From the NCBI GenBank assembly GCA_918797485.1, contig CAKKNE010000003.1, positions 3,534,001 through 3,598,000 of the forward strand: DNA of 64,000 bases, given 5' to 3'. Positions 30,700-43,193 of the stretch are shown in pieces. A model generated the notes under the pieces. That model did not search any database and was not told the DNA's origin. It worked only from the letters and a program-made list of their open reading frames with translations. Position numbers and translations under genes: made by a program. Positions within the stretch are counted from its first letter, which is position 1; each line of letters begins with the position of its first letter. Source of the DNA: Pelagomonas calceolata (lineage: Eukaryota).

Positions 30700-31347
30700 T
30701 TATCTTCGTCTTACCGGCGCCCTCGTATCGCCCCGCCGCGTCACCGCCGGCCCCCGCGGCCGATTTCCCAAAGGCGGCGCCTTTTTCTGCTTCATGCCAA
30801 TAATTTCGTTGAGCTGCCCCTTGGCGAGATGTTTATCCAGCCTCCGTAAACAGGCCGCCGCGGCGTAGCGCGACCGGTCGTCGACGCCGTCCTGTGATAA
30901 CAGCTCTTTCAAATCCGTGCAGCAGTCCCGGAACAGCTTTCTGTTGGCTTCGTGGTGCTCCGCCAGGGAACAAATGCACCGCGCGGCCATGGCCTTCGCT
31001 TTGGCATCGGAGCCCTCCTTGAGCAGTGTGCAGAGCGGTTGTACCGCGCCGGCCTTCGTCATCGAAGTCTTACAAGCTTCGTTCTCATGAGCAATGATCA
31101 TCAAGGCTTGCGCACAAAGGACTCGAAGGAACTCCTTGTCGTGAGATAGGTACTTCACTAATAGTTCAATCACGTCCGACTGCCTCGCGATGTGGACGCG
31201 GTTCGGCGTTTTGAGATAGGCCAATTTCACCAGCAGCTTCGCGGCCCGCCCCAAATTGTGGGCGTTCTTGTCGGTCTTCAAAGTTTCGAGGCATTCGTGG
31301 ACGGCCACCACTACTTCGCGCGACGCGGCCGGGGGCTTGGCTGCCAT
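30700..31347 (-). CDS. Armadillo-repeat protein
   Basis: ARM motifs AGAVQPLCTLLKEGS..AKAMAARCICSLA. Confidence 0.75.
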   Translation of the reverse strand: MAAKPPAASREVVVAVHECLETLKTDKNAHNLGRAAKLLVKLAYLKTPNRVHIARQSDVIELLVKYLSHDKEFLRVLCAQALMIIAHENEACKTSMTKAGAVQPLCTLLKEGSDAKAKAMAARCICSLAEHHEANRKLFRDCCTDLKELLSQDGVDDRSRYAAAACLRRLDKHLAKGQLNEIIGMKQKKAPPLGNRPRGPAVTRRGDTRAPVRRR

Positions 31348-31778
31348 CCTAGGTCATCGGTGGTCGTAGGGCTGCCCAGGCAGACTAATCGCGAGCGCGG
31401 TGGAGAGGGCTCCTCGCGGACACGCTGCGGCGCTCCGACGAAACGCGTGCGACGGGTCCTCGCGCCTTTACAAGCGCTGCGCGGCCGCGCTGAGCGAGGT
31501 ACCGGTACCGTAGGTACCTTACTAAGTATACAAGCTCGTAGGTACCTCTTGGTCTCCACGCAGTAGCCACGCACGTACCGCGGGCGACGTGTCGCGGGGC
31601 GCCACCGAACGACCGGCGGCGCGGGCGGGCATCTGAGCGCGACGCGCGGCCCGCGGCGGGCAGCGAGGCTACGACTCCTACGCCATAGCCGCGGCGACGG
31701 CGTGAGGACCGCCCGTGCGCCATCGACGCGAGTGACTAAGCGAAACACCAGTTATACCCCCAGACAACGACGCCATGA

Positions 31779-32405
31779 CTAGTGCTTCTTGTCCTTCTTC
31801 ACGTCGAGCTTCTTCTTGTAGAAGGCCAGCTCCGAGCCTTCGAGGATGTAGCCGTCGGCGCGGCCGGACTGGCCCGGCCGCGAGCTGATGCAGGCGAGTA
31901 ATCGGCCCGAGGCGAACTGGTCATCTAAAGTGGCGTCAAGGACGCGGCCCTTCTGCCGCGACGCGAGCTTGCGCAGCACGCGGCTCGACTTTTTGACGTC
32001 GGCATCGTCGCCGTCCTTCTTCTTGCCGCGCTTCTTCAGGCCGATCTTGACGCCGTAGTGCGCCTCGTACCATTGCCGGAAAGGAGTGGCATCTACCTGG
32101 ACAATGGCGTTCTTCACGAGCGTCTTCGTTCTCACCAACTCGTTGTTCGACGCGTTGTAGACCACGTCGAGCACGCGCGTCTTGCGCGTGCAGACCTCGG
32201 AGCCCCAGGAGTAGTTGCCCGACTCGAGGCGGAGCGCGCGGAACTTTTTGTTGCCTCCTCGGGTGCGGACCTCGGAGACCTTCTTGACGCCGATCTTCGT
32301 GTTGGTCGGCGGCCGGCCGAGCTCGAACTTGCGCTTCTTGCGGTCGTTAAACCGCTTGCCGCCGGTGGCGCGGCGCTTGTGGCGGGAGTCGCGGCAGATG
32401 CCCAT
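31779..32405 (-). CDS. RPS8: 40S ribosomal protein S8 (eS8)
   Basis: [18 protein letters not shown]...[17 protein letters not shown]. Confidence 0.98.
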   Translation of the reverse strand: MGICRDSRHKRRATGGKRFNDRKKRKFELGRPPTNTKIGVKKVSEVRTRGGNKKFRALRLESGNYSWGSEVCTRKTRVLDVVYNASNNELVRTKTLVKNAIVQVDATPFRQWYEAHYGVKIGLKKRGKKKDGDDADVKKSSRVLRKLASRQKGRVLDATLDDQFASGRLLACISSRPGQSGRADGYILEGSELAFYKKKLDVKKDKKH

Positions 32406-32785
32406 CTTGCTGAGTTTTTGTTAGGCTGCTATCGCTGAGCTGCTATCGCTTCGTGCGAGGCGATGCTGGCTCCAAAGATGCTGTCGCAGTGCTCTAGCTG
32501 GCGTCTGCGGGTGGTCCGTGGGCGGGGTAGCGCGCACAGGGCCTCGTTTGTCTCACTCGCTCATCCAGCGAGGTGAGTGCTAGAGGCCGTAGCTAGCGGG
32601 CGCATCCTACGAGTCGCCGCAGCGGTGTCGTCCGGCCTCGGAGAACTCGACTGCGAGGTCTCGACCGCCGCGGCCGACTCAAATTGCCACCGAGAGCGAG
32701 ATGCCCAGTGTAGCCAGAGAGCTGCCGAGCTGCTGCGCTTCCGACATGGCGCGGGAGATCCTCGGGGAGTCTTCGTAAAACAGGC

Positions 32786-35700
32786 CTACTTAGCCACGTG
32801 GTTCTGCAGCCGCAGGCCCACCAAATACCGCGCGTCGCGCGCGGCCCCGTGCGCCGCGTCGAGCCATCGCTTGAGCGGCCCGAGCCCCCGAGCCGCTGCC
32901 GTCGCGCCCAAAGCCGCCGCGACCATAGCGCGGTACGTCGCGAGATCAAAAGCAGGGGGGGCCGAGGAGGCCGCGACGCTCCACGCCGCGGCCCCCAGGA
33001 GCGCAAACGTGTGGCCGCACTCCTCCGTGCCCTTCCAGGCGCAGTAGAGCGGTATCGAGAGCGGCGCCGTTGCTAGAGCAACTAGAGCGCCCAGTGCGCA
33101 CAGAGACAGGTGCAGTAATATCCGAAAATCGATGGGCGCGAAACTCCGTTCCGACAGAGCGGCTATTACCTGAGACCGCGCTTTCAGAGCGTCACCGCTC
33201 CATCTGTCAATCTCGTTGCCTTGCTCGATCGCGTGGGCCGCGCACCTTGCTCTAGCTGTGACCGTAATCTGTAACACTATAACACCCAGGAGGAAGTCGT
33301 AGCCGTACGATCCATCAAGAGTGCAGACTAATACGTCGTAGAGCAGGCCCGTGCCGAGCGGGAGCACCAGAAACCAGAGTACCACAAACGCGACACCCGA
33401 GAGCACGTTCTCTCGGACTGGAGCGTCATTTGGTGAAGGCTCCACATGCCGTCTACGCCCTTCCAGCCAGGGCCCCAGCGCGAACAACGCCAGGGCCCAG
33501 CCGGCCGCCAACGACGCGGGGTCGTGGCCCGGATCGCATCGTAGCAGTCGTAGAGCCAGCCTCCCAAGCAAGAGCGGTAGGAGCGCTATGGTCGTACAGG
33601 CCAGGACGCACCCGGCCCAGCTGACCAGCGAGAACAGCACTAACCGTGAGGAAGAGGGCCGCGGCGCCCGCGGCCGCAGTCGCACTTCGCGTAAAGAAGG
33701 CCGTTCATCCCCCCAGGCCCACCTCTCTGGGGGTGCTCTTTGTCTCCCAGCAGCAGCGGCGGCGGCGTCGAAGGCGTTGTGGGCGTCTAGCGTGGCTTCG
33801 TCGAGCTCCGGCCCATCTGATGGTAACAAATACGTCTCTAAGGACAACTTCTGACAAAGTTTCGATAAATACCAGCGCTGGCCGTCGCCTATTCGTTTTT
33901 TGAGGCGTTCGAGTAGCGTCAGTAAAGCGAGGTGGAAGCATAAGAGCTCGAGGGGTATTTGCGCGGCCGGCGCCGCATACGAGACCTTGAGGTTGAGAGG
34001 CCCGTAGTACTCGACGAGCGGCGCCAGCAGGTGGACGGGCGCGGCCACGAGGACGAACAGCAGTCCGGCGTAGATCAACAATGAGGTGAGTAAACGCCTC
34101 GCGTGTTGTTGTGCCGGTTCTGCCAGAAGAGCAGCTAGGAGGTCCGGTCTCGGCTCGTGGGGCCGCACCCACTGTCCTAAAACGGCGGGGTGTAATTGTT
34201 CGCGCAATTGTAGGACGGCGACCTGTGTGGAGAGACGTGACGATGGCGTCTCGGCGGCGGCGCTCTCGTCGCGACGCCATCGACGCTGCGTCGTCGCGGC
34301 GACGTCAGAAGGCATCGGTGCCATCGCCGCGACGCCATCGGCGCGATCGACGCGACGCCCTCGCGCGAAGTGACTCGGACGCCGCTCCATACCGTGACCA
34401 CGAGCATGAACGTGATCCCCAGCACCCACCGCGCCAGCGCCGCCCCCGCGGCCCCTCCACCCAGCGCCCGCACCTGCGCCAGGTCGGGCTTGATCGCGAT
34501 CTCCAGACCGGCGCCGAGCACGGTCGGTAAAATAATCATTTTCAGCGCCAATACCATCGAGACCTTGGCGGCGGCCGCGGCGGCGTCTAGGGCTCGTTCC
34601 GCTCTCCTCAAAGCTCGCACGGGCAGCTGCGCTCTCAGAGCCGAAGGCGCGCTCCGGAATAACTCCCTGCCGAGACACGCGACGATCCCAAGAGCCGCAT
34701 ACCCGAGCGCGACCCGTCCCAGATCACTCAATCTGAGAGTAGCCGGCGGCGGCACTGCTGACGTAGACCGCGCCGCGAGCCGGTCGGCGAAGGTCCCCAG
34801 GTGCCGCGACCAGTTCTGGAGCCGCTCGGGCCTCGGCAGCGGCGAGAGGCTCCCGGGCTTTTGTCGGTAGCGCAACTCGCCGTTCGCGGTCGCATTCAAA
34901 CCGGAAGCCACGAATCGGACCACTTGCGACGCCCACGCGCGCGCCGGGTCGACTTGCGTTGTATTCAAAACATCTTCTGCAGAAGCGTGACCCAGGACCC
35001 GAGAAGCCCCCCTCGAAACCGCTCGACCAACGGCAAACGGCGCGAAGGCGAAGACGCCCAGGTACGCGGCGTTGAACACGACGAGCCAAGAGACGTTTCG
35101 CGCGACATTAACTAGGGGCCCTCGGAGACCTAACAATTCGTCGACGGCGACGTGCAACTCCACCTCGTCGTCGTCGTCCTCCTCGTCATCCATCAAAGGC
35201 GGTGGCGGTTCCACAACCGGCTCTTCATGATGAGGTGCTTCGTGCTCTTCGTGGACTTCATCATCAAGATTACGTTGGAGGTCCGCGATCTCCCACCGGA
35301 CTCTCATGTAGTCCGTGAAACTGAGTAACGAGAGGAAGGAGACGACGATGGCGGCGACTACTACGAGTCCTGAGGCGAGCTCTTCGAGCAATCGAGCTCC
35401 GGACCAAGCTACCGGTAACTCTGACGGTCGGTGGATCCAGGCTCGGTATAACATACAAGTAGCTAATGGAGCTACTCCCAACCACAGGAGGGTCGAGGCG
35501 CAGATCCTCAGCACCAAAGGTAGTAAAGATGAGTATATGTACTGCAATCCTGCTGATATTAATTGAGACATCGGTAATCTATCAGGCGCGCCTTCCGCAT
35601 ACACGGGCGCGAAGGCAAATTCCACCCCACACAACTCGCAGCGGTCCTTTCCACTGTGATCCAGCCATCTTACCAAACAATCCTCGTGGCAGTACCGTAT

Positions 35701-35817
35701 GCTCCCTCGACAGTCGCAGGGAATATATAATGGGTTCCCGGGCTCCGCGTCGCCTCTGCAAATTCTACATTCGCGCTCCTCGGGCGCCTCCTCGGGCTCC
35801 TTCGCGTCGTCGGCCAT
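32786..35817 (-). CDS. MARCHF6: E3 ubiquitin ligase MARCH6/Doa10 (intron 34223-34392)
   Basis: RING-CH CRICRG..PCDCRGSIRYCHEDCLVRWL, many TM segments, spliced FMLVVT|VAVLQLREQLHP and C-terminal RDARYLVGLRLQN. Confidence 0.9.
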
Positions 35818-36111
35818 GGCGTGGCCTGGGCCCCTCGACGCTCACGGGTTCGAGCTCGACGGCGTGCGGCTGCGGCCAGTCCTTAGCTCTCCAGCTGCTT
35901 GTATAGGTATGGCTCAGGAGTTCTGCCGTCGCAGCGCCCGCGAGGCGAATGAATCGTGAGACAGCCGAGGGCGCGATGCCGCTGACTTGTGAGGCGCGGG
36001 CGAAAAAAGAGCTCGATGGCTGGCTGGCTTGCTAGTGTGTTGCAGGACGCTAGCTTTGCCTCTGTCCTTTGCCTTTTGCTCTAGTGTCGAGCTCGGCCCA
36101 TTTGACAGGAG

Positions 36112-37230
36112 ATGATCCTCACGCAGTGCGCCGTCTGCGCCACCGACCTTGGCTTAACCAGGGGCAAGAAATGCGGCCGCTGCAACACGCGCTACTGCGG
36201 GGCAGCCTGCCAGGTGCAGCACTGGAAAGAGGGCGGCCACGACACGCTCTGCAAGACGATTAAAAGGGCTGGTGGCGCGGAGCAATACGATGCAAATAAG
36301 AAGTACGCGGAGGCCGTCGCGGTCGCGGCGACGGCGTGCGCGGAGGACACGAAAGGCCAGACGTGCTACATCTGCACGCAGGCCCTCCACTGGAAAACGA
36401 AGGAGGGACTCGTGCGCATGTGCGCGTGCCGCGGGACGGCGGGCTTCGCGCACGTGTCGTGCTTGGCGGAGCAGGCGAAGATTTTGGTCGCGGAGGCGGA
36501 GGAGAACAATTTGGACGTACAATCGCGTTGGAAACGATGGCACATGTGCAGTCTGTGCGAGCAAGGATACCACGGCGTCGTCATAGGCGCGCTCGGGTGG
36601 GCCTGTTGGAAGACGTACGTGGGGCGGCCGGAGGCGGACTGGGCTTATAGAGGTGCGATGACTGTGCTTGGAAACAGTCTAGGCTTAGCAGGACACCACG
36701 AGGACGCGTTGTGCGTTAAGGAGGCCAGGTTGTCTATGCTGCGGCGCCTTGGCGCACCAGAAGGAGACATGCTCATCGTGCAGGGCAATCTTGCGATGAC
36801 GTATGGACAACTGGGACGGCTTGATGAGGCCCTGAGTATGCGACGAGACGTATACTCGGGACATTTGAGGCACAGGGACCTAGGGCCGCTTCACCAAAGT
36901 ACCTTGGGGGCGGCCGTAAATCTTTCAACCTCCCTCGTCGACGCTGGAAATTACGCCGAAGCCAGGGCTTTCACGCGCGATCAAATGGAACTGGCTAGAC
37001 GCGCGTTTGGAGCTGATCACCCAGTCACGCTCGACTTCCAATGGGGCTACTCTAGGGCCTTTACTCTCGACAAAGACGTATCTGCCGAACAGCTGGCCGA
37101 GGTCGCGACCACCCTCGAAAAGACTCTCGAAATCTCGCAGCGAGTTTGCGGACGCGAGCACCCGCGGACTTGCAGTGTTCGCGGCGAGCTTACGTTTGCA
37201 AGAGAAGAAATTTCGCGTAGGGGGGCGTAA
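36112..37230 (+). CDS. MYND-like Zn finger + RINGv + TPR protein (paralog 1)
   Basis: CAVC..CGRC..YCGAACQVQHW..H..C; CYIC..CACRGTAGFAHVSCL..CSLC; kinesin-light-chain-type TPRs. Confidence 0.85.
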   Translation: MILTQCAVCATDLGLTRGKKCGRCNTRYCGAACQVQHWKEGGHDTLCKTIKRAGGAEQYDANKKYAEAVAVAATACAEDTKGQTCYICTQALHWKTKEGLVRMCACRGTAGFAHVSCLAEQAKILVAEAEENNLDVQSRWKRWHMCSLCEQGYHGVVIGALGWACWKTYVGRPEADWAYRGAMTVLGNSLGLAGHHEDALCVKEARLSMLRRLGAPEGDMLIVQGNLAMTYGQLGRLDEALSMRRDVYSGHLRHRDLGPLHQSTLGAAVNLSTSLVDAGNYAEARAFTRDQMELARRAFGADHPVTLDFQWGYSRAFTLDKDVSAEQLAEVATTLEKTLEISQRVCGREHPRTCSVRGELTFAREEISRRGA

Positions 37231-37374
37231 GCTAGCAATTTGAAATCAACGAGTCATAAAGTCGGCGAAACAGGTGTTTTTACACAGGTCGATATTCATT
37301 CATTCGGCGGATTCAGGTCCGGACGCCGCGCGTCGAGCGCGGAGTTCGCGGTATATGCACAACGGTATGTGCGG

Positions 37375-37803
37375 TCAGTTCAGGTTGAGCAGGGCGTCGG
37401 CGGCCGTCGACTCGCCCTTGGACGCGAGCGCGGCGCGCAACGACGCCAACCCCATAGGAGGTGGCGGCGTCGTCTGCATCGGCGTCGGCTCGGAAACGGA
37501 GACGCAGCGCTCGGGCCGCGTTTTTGGTTTTTGCGGCGCCGAGGGCGTCACGGGCGTCACGGCGCAGAGCGGCGCGAGGCGCCGCCGCTTCGGCGTCTGG
37601 TAGTCCTCCGGAACGGCCTCGTCTCTAGCTTTCGCCCTCAAGAGATCGTCGACCCTTTCCGAGAAGCTCCGCCGGTTCCCGTTCATCCTTATTTTACAGG
37701 GCGACGGCAGCTCGTTCGCCGGCGCGTCGCCCGACAGCGAGTACCCCTCGAAGAAACCGTCCTCGGAGTCGGAGTCGAAGGACGCTCTCCTCCGGACGGA
37801 CAT
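37375..37803 (-). CDS. Hypothetical low-complexity protein
   Basis: ATG in good context, acidic/Pro-rich 142 aa, no recognised domain. Confidence 0.45.
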   Translation of the reverse strand: MSVRRRASFDSDSEDGFFEGYSLSGDAPANELPSPCKIRMNGNRRSFSERVDDLLRAKARDEAVPEDYQTPKRRRLAPLCAVTPVTPSAPQKPKTRPERCVSVSEPTPMQTTPPPPMGLASLRAALASKGESTAADALLNLN

Positions 37804-38373
37804 GGTGGCTGTCGTCTTCCGCGCGCGTCCGCTGGCTGCGTGTCCTCTGATTGTCAGCGTCCGCGGGCTGCGGGGCGGCGACCGTCGGCGGCCTCTGCAG
37901 TTGACGGAGCGCCGCCGGCTCGCGCGCGACCTTCGAATCAGTTGGCTGATGCCTTAGGATTCGTGGCTTTCGCAGCGGGCGCCTCCGCGGGCGCTGGAAG
38001 CGCGCGGAGCCCGCCCAGTGGTGGCGTAGACTCTTCGCGCAGCGTAGGGGTCAAAACCAAGGCGGCACGCGCCCTCGACTGGCCGTCGACGCAGAGATTA
38101 GAGAATGATACGGACATAATCACCTAGCCGGCAACACACTAGCACGCCATCGTAATCTTTCTGCAACCGTGGGAGTCGTCCCAGAGCTCAACGCCACGCG
38201 TCCCGTAGCTGCGGGCCGACGAAGACAGCACCACGAGATTCACGGTTGACTGGGCGTGCGAACGCGAGGCCGTCGCCGCGCCGGCCAGAAGCACGAGGGG
38301 CAGCCCCCAATTTACCGAAGCCCAAGCGGTGCTCACGTCCACGCGGCAGCTCCTTCCCAGTAGCTCTTGCGAT

Positions 38374-39126
38374 ATGGCAGCCCTGGCCGTCCGACCGCAC
38401 ACAGCGGAAGCCCCCTTCGCGTCCGGCGGCCACTGGGCGGCGCCGGCCCTCGATAAGACGGCGGCGCAGCTGCACCGCGACAAGCCTAAATCGAGAACTG
38501 CCGCTCATTCGAATCTGTTGAGGAGGCGCCGGCAATTAACGCGAGAACCGAAACAACCCGATTCAGCCTTCAAGAAGGCGTATGATGAGGGCCTATTACC
38601 ATTACGAGTGTGCTACGACCGCCTCCAGAACGGGCGGAGCGTGAATGGAAGGAGTATTGGTTGGACGGTTCCAGACGTTTTGACCCTCGATTATGACCAC
38701 TACTGTCTCTTGTTCTGCGAAGGATTGACCGAGACGCAGGAGCCTCTGGGCTTCCTCGCGGCCGAGGGGTTGAGTGAATTGTTACAAGAAGGCGGGCCGG
38801 CGCATCGATGCGCGTCGTTGGCGCAGCGCTTGGCGCCGCCCCTCAAACATGCTTTGAGGTCTCCGAATCAAACGGTCGCCAAACGAGCTCTAGATGCGGT
38901 CGTCCAGTACGTCACGTGCGACGCGCGAGAGAAAGGTGGACTGGGCGTCTGTGGAAGGGCTCTACCGTTGGAAAGCATAGCGCCGGCCGTCGACGCGTGC
39001 AGGAGGCGTCACACGTCGCTCCGCTTCGACTGCGCGGACGTCCTCGGGACGCTCGAAAGAAACGGGGGGCCCGAGGCGCTGCGACGCATCAAGCGCGGCG
39101 TGCTCGCGTACGAGTCCGTGCTCTAG
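38374..39126 (+). CDS. PACRG (Parkin co-regulated gene)-like protein
   Basis: FKKAYDEGLLPLRV..IGWTVP..LDYDHYCLLFCEGLTETQEP and LERNGGPEALRRIK..YES. Confidence 0.85.
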   Translation: MAALAVRPHTAEAPFASGGHWAAPALDKTAAQLHRDKPKSRTAAHSNLLRRRRQLTREPKQPDSAFKKAYDEGLLPLRVCYDRLQNGRSVNGRSIGWTVPDVLTLDYDHYCLLFCEGLTETQEPLGFLAAEGLSELLQEGGPAHRCASLAQRLAPPLKHALRSPNQTVAKRALDAVVQYVTCDAREKGGLGVCGRALPLESIAPAVDACRRRHTSLRFDCADVLGTLERNGGPEALRRIKRGVLAYESVL

Positions 39127-40137
39127 GGTAAGAGTGTTACTGCGACGTCGTGACGCGGCGGCGGGCGTGGCGGGGGGAGCGCGACCGCGACCGGGAGCAC
39201 GACCTATTCGTGCTCCCGTCGCTCGACGAGGACCCGTCCCCAGCACCTCCGGGGAACGCGCGCGTCGCCGTCGGCATGGCGGCGCCGGGGGACCGCGGGC
39301 GGAGCGGCGGCGTGGTGTCTCCCTTGGACCACCTAGGGATAGCATCATATAATGATGCTGCTCGTCGTCGCCCGAAGCACTCGACGCGGGCGCGTCCGAG
39401 CCGCTCTCGTCGTCGCCGGTAGAAGGGCGACTCTCCCGCGGGCGCGGCGAAATAATTGTCTGGCGGTACAATCAAGACATGCTGCTGCTGCCAACCAAGG
39501 TCCCCCAGGCCGGGCCAAAAGCGCAGGTGCTGGTTCCTGAAACCCTGGTCCAGCAGTTGGTTCGCCGCCTGCGTCGGCGTCATCGTCGCGTGGCTGCCCC
39601 GATCCTCGTAAACCGACCAGGACAGGTCCGTCGCGAGGAGCGCATCCGACGCGCGCCGGAGGACGCCCCCGCGAGCACGAGCTGCGCGTCGGCGTATTGC
39701 GCGTGAACGACGACGCCGCCGTTCTGGGCAGGCCAAATATAGACGACCGGCTGAGGAGCCGGAGGGACGCCCAGATAGCGGGCCATGGGCAGGCGCCGCA
39801 CGTCCACGTCCATCCTGACGGTGGGGCAGCCACCAGAGGCAGCCACGCGCGCCCGGGGCAGCCGCGAGCCCGATACCGCGCGGGCGCGAAGAAGGGGGAT
39901 CGAATGCGCGTCGATTGGATTCGCAGCGCGCCGTATTAGGCCGAACAAAATTAACTTCTCATCAGGGACCAGCACTTTAAAGATTACACAAGCTAGATCA
40001 TAGACGTGCTAGGAACGCGCCGAGCGCAAGTTTTTGGGCCGCTGCAGACACATCCGTGCATACCGCAGCCCAGAAACGCAGCAGCGAAGCCACACACCCC
40101 AGTCCAACACGCCAGCCACCGCGCGCCGCAAACAACA

Positions 40138-40962
40138 ATGCTCGAAGCCGCAACGCAGACGTACTGGCTCACCGTCGCGGCAGCCTTCCTCGCCTGCGAG
40201 GCCTTGTACCACGCGTCGCATTTCTGCATCAACAAGACCGCCACGTCGCTCAAAGCAACCGACCGCGCGACGCTCGCCTTGAAAGTTGTGAACATTGTCC
40301 ACGCGGCGATTAGCGGCCCCGTAGCATTCTACTTCCTGTTCCTGCAGGGCGATCCCGACGTGGACCACGCGGTGCAACGCGCTGTAGCGTTAGACACAAA
40401 CTTCGCCCCTCAATTATTTTCAGCACATGTAGCCGCGGACCAAGCACTGTCGTTAACTTGTTGGACCGTCGGATTCATGTGTTGGGATCTGTACCGCATC
40501 GGCACCTGGGCGAAATCAGGACATGGGGAAAAGAAATTATTAATAGTGCACCACGTCCTCTCGATCCTGGTCTGGCCCCTAGCTTCTCTCTACCGCGTCG
40601 CGGGCCCGTTTCTACTTCATTATGAGTACACTGAATTATCCTCACCTTTTCTGCAGCTGCGGTGGGTGACGCAGCTGTTTTTTGGGAGAGGTTCAAGGGC
40701 GGACAAGATTATGTCGATGCTGTTTGCTCTTTCGTTTTTTGTGGTGAGAAGTACGAACGTGCACGTCGTGCTCCACGCGGCCTACTTCTCGCGGCAGTAT
40801 TCTCTTGATTTGCATCCCGAGTTGCCGGTGCACGTGCGCTTGATCGGCGCCGTGACGGCGGGTCTTCCCGCTTTGTTGAACCTGTTCTGGACGCTCCAGA
40901 TCCTCAAGATGGGGAAGAAGATGCTCTTTCCGAAGCCGAAGAGGGCCAATAAGATTAACTAG
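40138..40962 (+). CDS. TLC (TRAM/LAG1/CLN8) domain membrane protein
   Basis: VNIVHA, GFMCWDL, LIVHH, ELSSPFLQLRW, FALSFFVVR, LNLFW. Confidence 0.85.
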   Translation: MLEAATQTYWLTVAAAFLACEALYHASHFCINKTATSLKATDRATLALKVVNIVHAAISGPVAFYFLFLQGDPDVDHAVQRAVALDTNFAPQLFSAHVAADQALSLTCWTVGFMCWDLYRIGTWAKSGHGEKKLLIVHHVLSILVWPLASLYRVAGPFLLHYEYTELSSPFLQLRWVTQLFFGRGSRADKIMSMLFALSFFVVRSTNVHVVLHAAYFSRQYSLDLHPELPVHVRLIGAVTAGLPALLNLFWTLQILKMGKKMLFPKPKRANKIN

Positions 40963-41052
40963 TTACGTATACAGTGTCGCGTCGGTGGCGTCAACCCCCA
41001 CGCCGTCGAGCAGATAAGCGGACGCCGCGCCCGCACAGTGCATAGCGACCGC

Positions 41053-41727
41053 CTACGCCTCCGGCGCGAGGTGCCAACAAGACAAAGCAAGGCGCCTCCT
41101 CGACGTTTCAAGGACGGCGTGCGGGACGCACCGCGCCTTGAAGACGACCAAGCGCCCCGGGACCGGGGCGACGTCCCGGATCGACGTCGCCGTCTCACCG
41201 GAAGCGTCGCCGTCGGCGCACCCCAGGAAGAGCCGCAAGCACCCTCCGTGTAGACACGCGTCGAAGTCCGGATCGGTCAGGTACAAGATAGCCGTCAGCA
41301 CGCGCCCCGACTGCTCCCGCGAACTCTTCCAGAGCCAGTAGAGGTCGTCGTCGGAAGGTGGATCGTGGTCCAGATGTGTACGGTAGCCGCCTTGCTCGTA
41401 ACGAGCGACCATGCACTTCGAGGGCGCGTCTACGCGTTCGTAGCCGACGGCCGGCGCGAATCTGTCACCGAGACCCTTCAAGGCCCGTACCGTATCGCCC
41501 ACGACGCCGTCTTCCTCGGTGACCCACCGCACGCGGTCGGTCCTGATACTTTCTGACTGCATGGTTTTGCGGTACTGGGCGTCGTCCAGCGCCTGGCGGA
41601 GCTCGTCGACGCGTGGAAACAGACCGTCGATCACGACATAATCTTTGGCTTCCAGCGCTGCGACGTGCGCATCGGTGATTGCCGGCGCATGGCCGGCGTA
41701 GCATGATGACGGTCGGATTTCTGCCAT
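41053..41727 (-). CDS. 2OG-Fe(II) oxygenase, EGLN/prolyl-hydroxylase-like
   Basis: IRTDRVRW, MVARY..YRTHLD, RVLTAILYL, GGCLRL, HAVL..RRLALSCW. Confidence 0.85.
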   Translation of the reverse strand: MAEIRPSSCYAGHAPAITDAHVAALEAKDYVVIDGLFPRVDELRQALDDAQYRKTMQSESIRTDRVRWVTEEDGVVGDTVRALKGLGDRFAPAVGYERVDAPSKCMVARYEQGGYRTHLDHDPPSDDDLYWLWKSSREQSGRVLTAILYLTDPDFDACLHGGCLRLFLGCADGDASGETATSIRDVAPVPGRLVVFKARCVPHAVLETSRRRLALSCWHLAPEA

Positions 41728-42026
41728 GGCTGCGCGAGTAATGTGGCTCAGAGAGAGCACTGCTATCTGCTACTATCCCACACGCCGTCGCATCGATGGC
41801 GTCGGCTCCCAGCAGCCATTGGGGCAGCCCCGCCGGCCTCCGAGCGAGACAAAAAAGGCACGAGCTTCCTTTGCGCTCGCCCGCGCCGCTGGCTCTCAGG
41901 CGCTGTGCGGCTGCCTGGGGCCGGGCCGGCGCTCTCCCGGCGGGTTCGGGTCCGAGGTAACCGGAAGCATAAGGAAAGATCACGGACGAACATAGCTTAT
42001 CGGGGCCACAGGGTCGGCGCGACGGT

Positions 42027-43193
42027 CTAAGGCGGGGGCGCGGCGGCGGCGGGGGCTACGATCGAGCCGCGGCGCCGGAGCCGCGGCGGCGGCGCGGCGC
42101 CCGGCTCCCGCAACGACGGAGGAGGAGACGCAACGGAAGCACCGTCGAAATACAACACGCAACAAGCGATATCATCAATCCGTTCCTCCCGCTCGTACCA
42201 CCGTCGATAGGACTCGGCCACGATCTTGTAGCAGGCTTCCTTCGGGGTCTTGCAGGACACACAAATATCAATAACTTCCTGACTTGTCAGAAATTCCCAC
42301 ACCCCGTCGGTCGCGAGCACGCAACAGACATCTGAAGCATCGATGACGTGCTGTTGGACTTCCGGCGTGGACGAACACCCGAGCTCTTGAGCTGTAAAAT
42401 CACCTAAAGAACGCGAGAACGCCGTGCCGGGCTCGTACGCGTCCTTGCGCCACAGCCTGGGCGGGTCGCCGTCTGAATCGATTTCACTGCCGAGGTCGCA
42501 TTTCCAGATATGGTCCATCGGTACACTACCTTCGATCTGGCCTATTGAGAGGACTCTTCCACCACTTGCTTCGATGCGTTGCCGCTCGTCTTGTCTGTAG
42601 AGCGTCTGATCTTTTGATAGGGCTATGGCTTTGATTGAATTGTTCTCTCGACGCCCGAGGACGCATCTAGAATCCCCAACATTGCTGCAGTACAACACAC
42701 CACCATCCACGAGCAACGAGACACACGTCGTGCCCGAGTCGCGCGACTCGACTTTTGATTTGTGGAGCGCACGGTTCGTTGATACCGAGGCCTGCGTAAG
42801 ATGCTCCTCAACAGAACCTTGGGCGTCCTCAAAGCTTCGAGGCAGCTCCTCCAAACAGAACTGGGCGCAGGCGTGGCCATTCGGACCGTGGCCGTCGAGG
42901 ATTAGAAACCACGGGTCTCCATTTGTTTCCACCATGCCATACCTGTCCTGGCAGGGCTTCGTCGGCTCGTCCGCATATAACCCTCGGAATACTAGAGAAC
43001 CGTACCTGGCACTATACGCGCCGCAGTCACACCGCAGCTTCGCTTCAGATGAAGTGAGGCGCTGTCGTATTTCGCGCGTATCGAGGTAGCACGCGTTGAG
43101 CACCTTGTTCGTGAAGGCCGCGTCGAACAAAGCGGCGTCGTCGGCGTCGTCCAGTACTACTGCTTTCTTCTTCTTGGACGCGCCACCGCCCAT
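42027..43193 (-). CDS. Protein phosphatase 2C, probably N-myristoylated
   Basis: MGGGAS; CQD, DGHG, SGTT, NVGDSR, SRSLGD, LATDGVWE, DDI. Confidence 0.92.
   Translation of the reverse strand: MGGGASKKKKAVVLDDADDAALFDAAFTNKVLNACYLDTREIRQRLTSSEAKLRCDCGAYSARYGSLVFRGLYADEPTKPCQDRYGMVETNGDPWFLILDGHGPNGHACAQFCLEELPRSFEDAQGSVEEHLTQASVSTNRALHKSKVESRDSGTTCVSLLVDGGVLYCSNVGDSRCVLGRRENNSIKAIALSKDQTLYRQDERQRIEASGGRVLSIGQIEGSVPMDHIWKCDLGSEIDSDGDPPRLWRKDAYEPGTAFSRSLGDFTAQELGCSSTPEVQQHVIDASDVCCVLATDGVWEFLTSQEVIDICVSCKTPKEACYKIVAESYRRWYEREERIDDIACCVLYFDGASVASPPPSLREPGAAPPPRLRRRGSIVAPAAAAPPP

Noticed and set aside
39137..39833. Possible minus-strand gene split over two frames
   Set aside because: Protein-like fragments, but no recognisable domain or convincing splice sites, so it could not be modelled.
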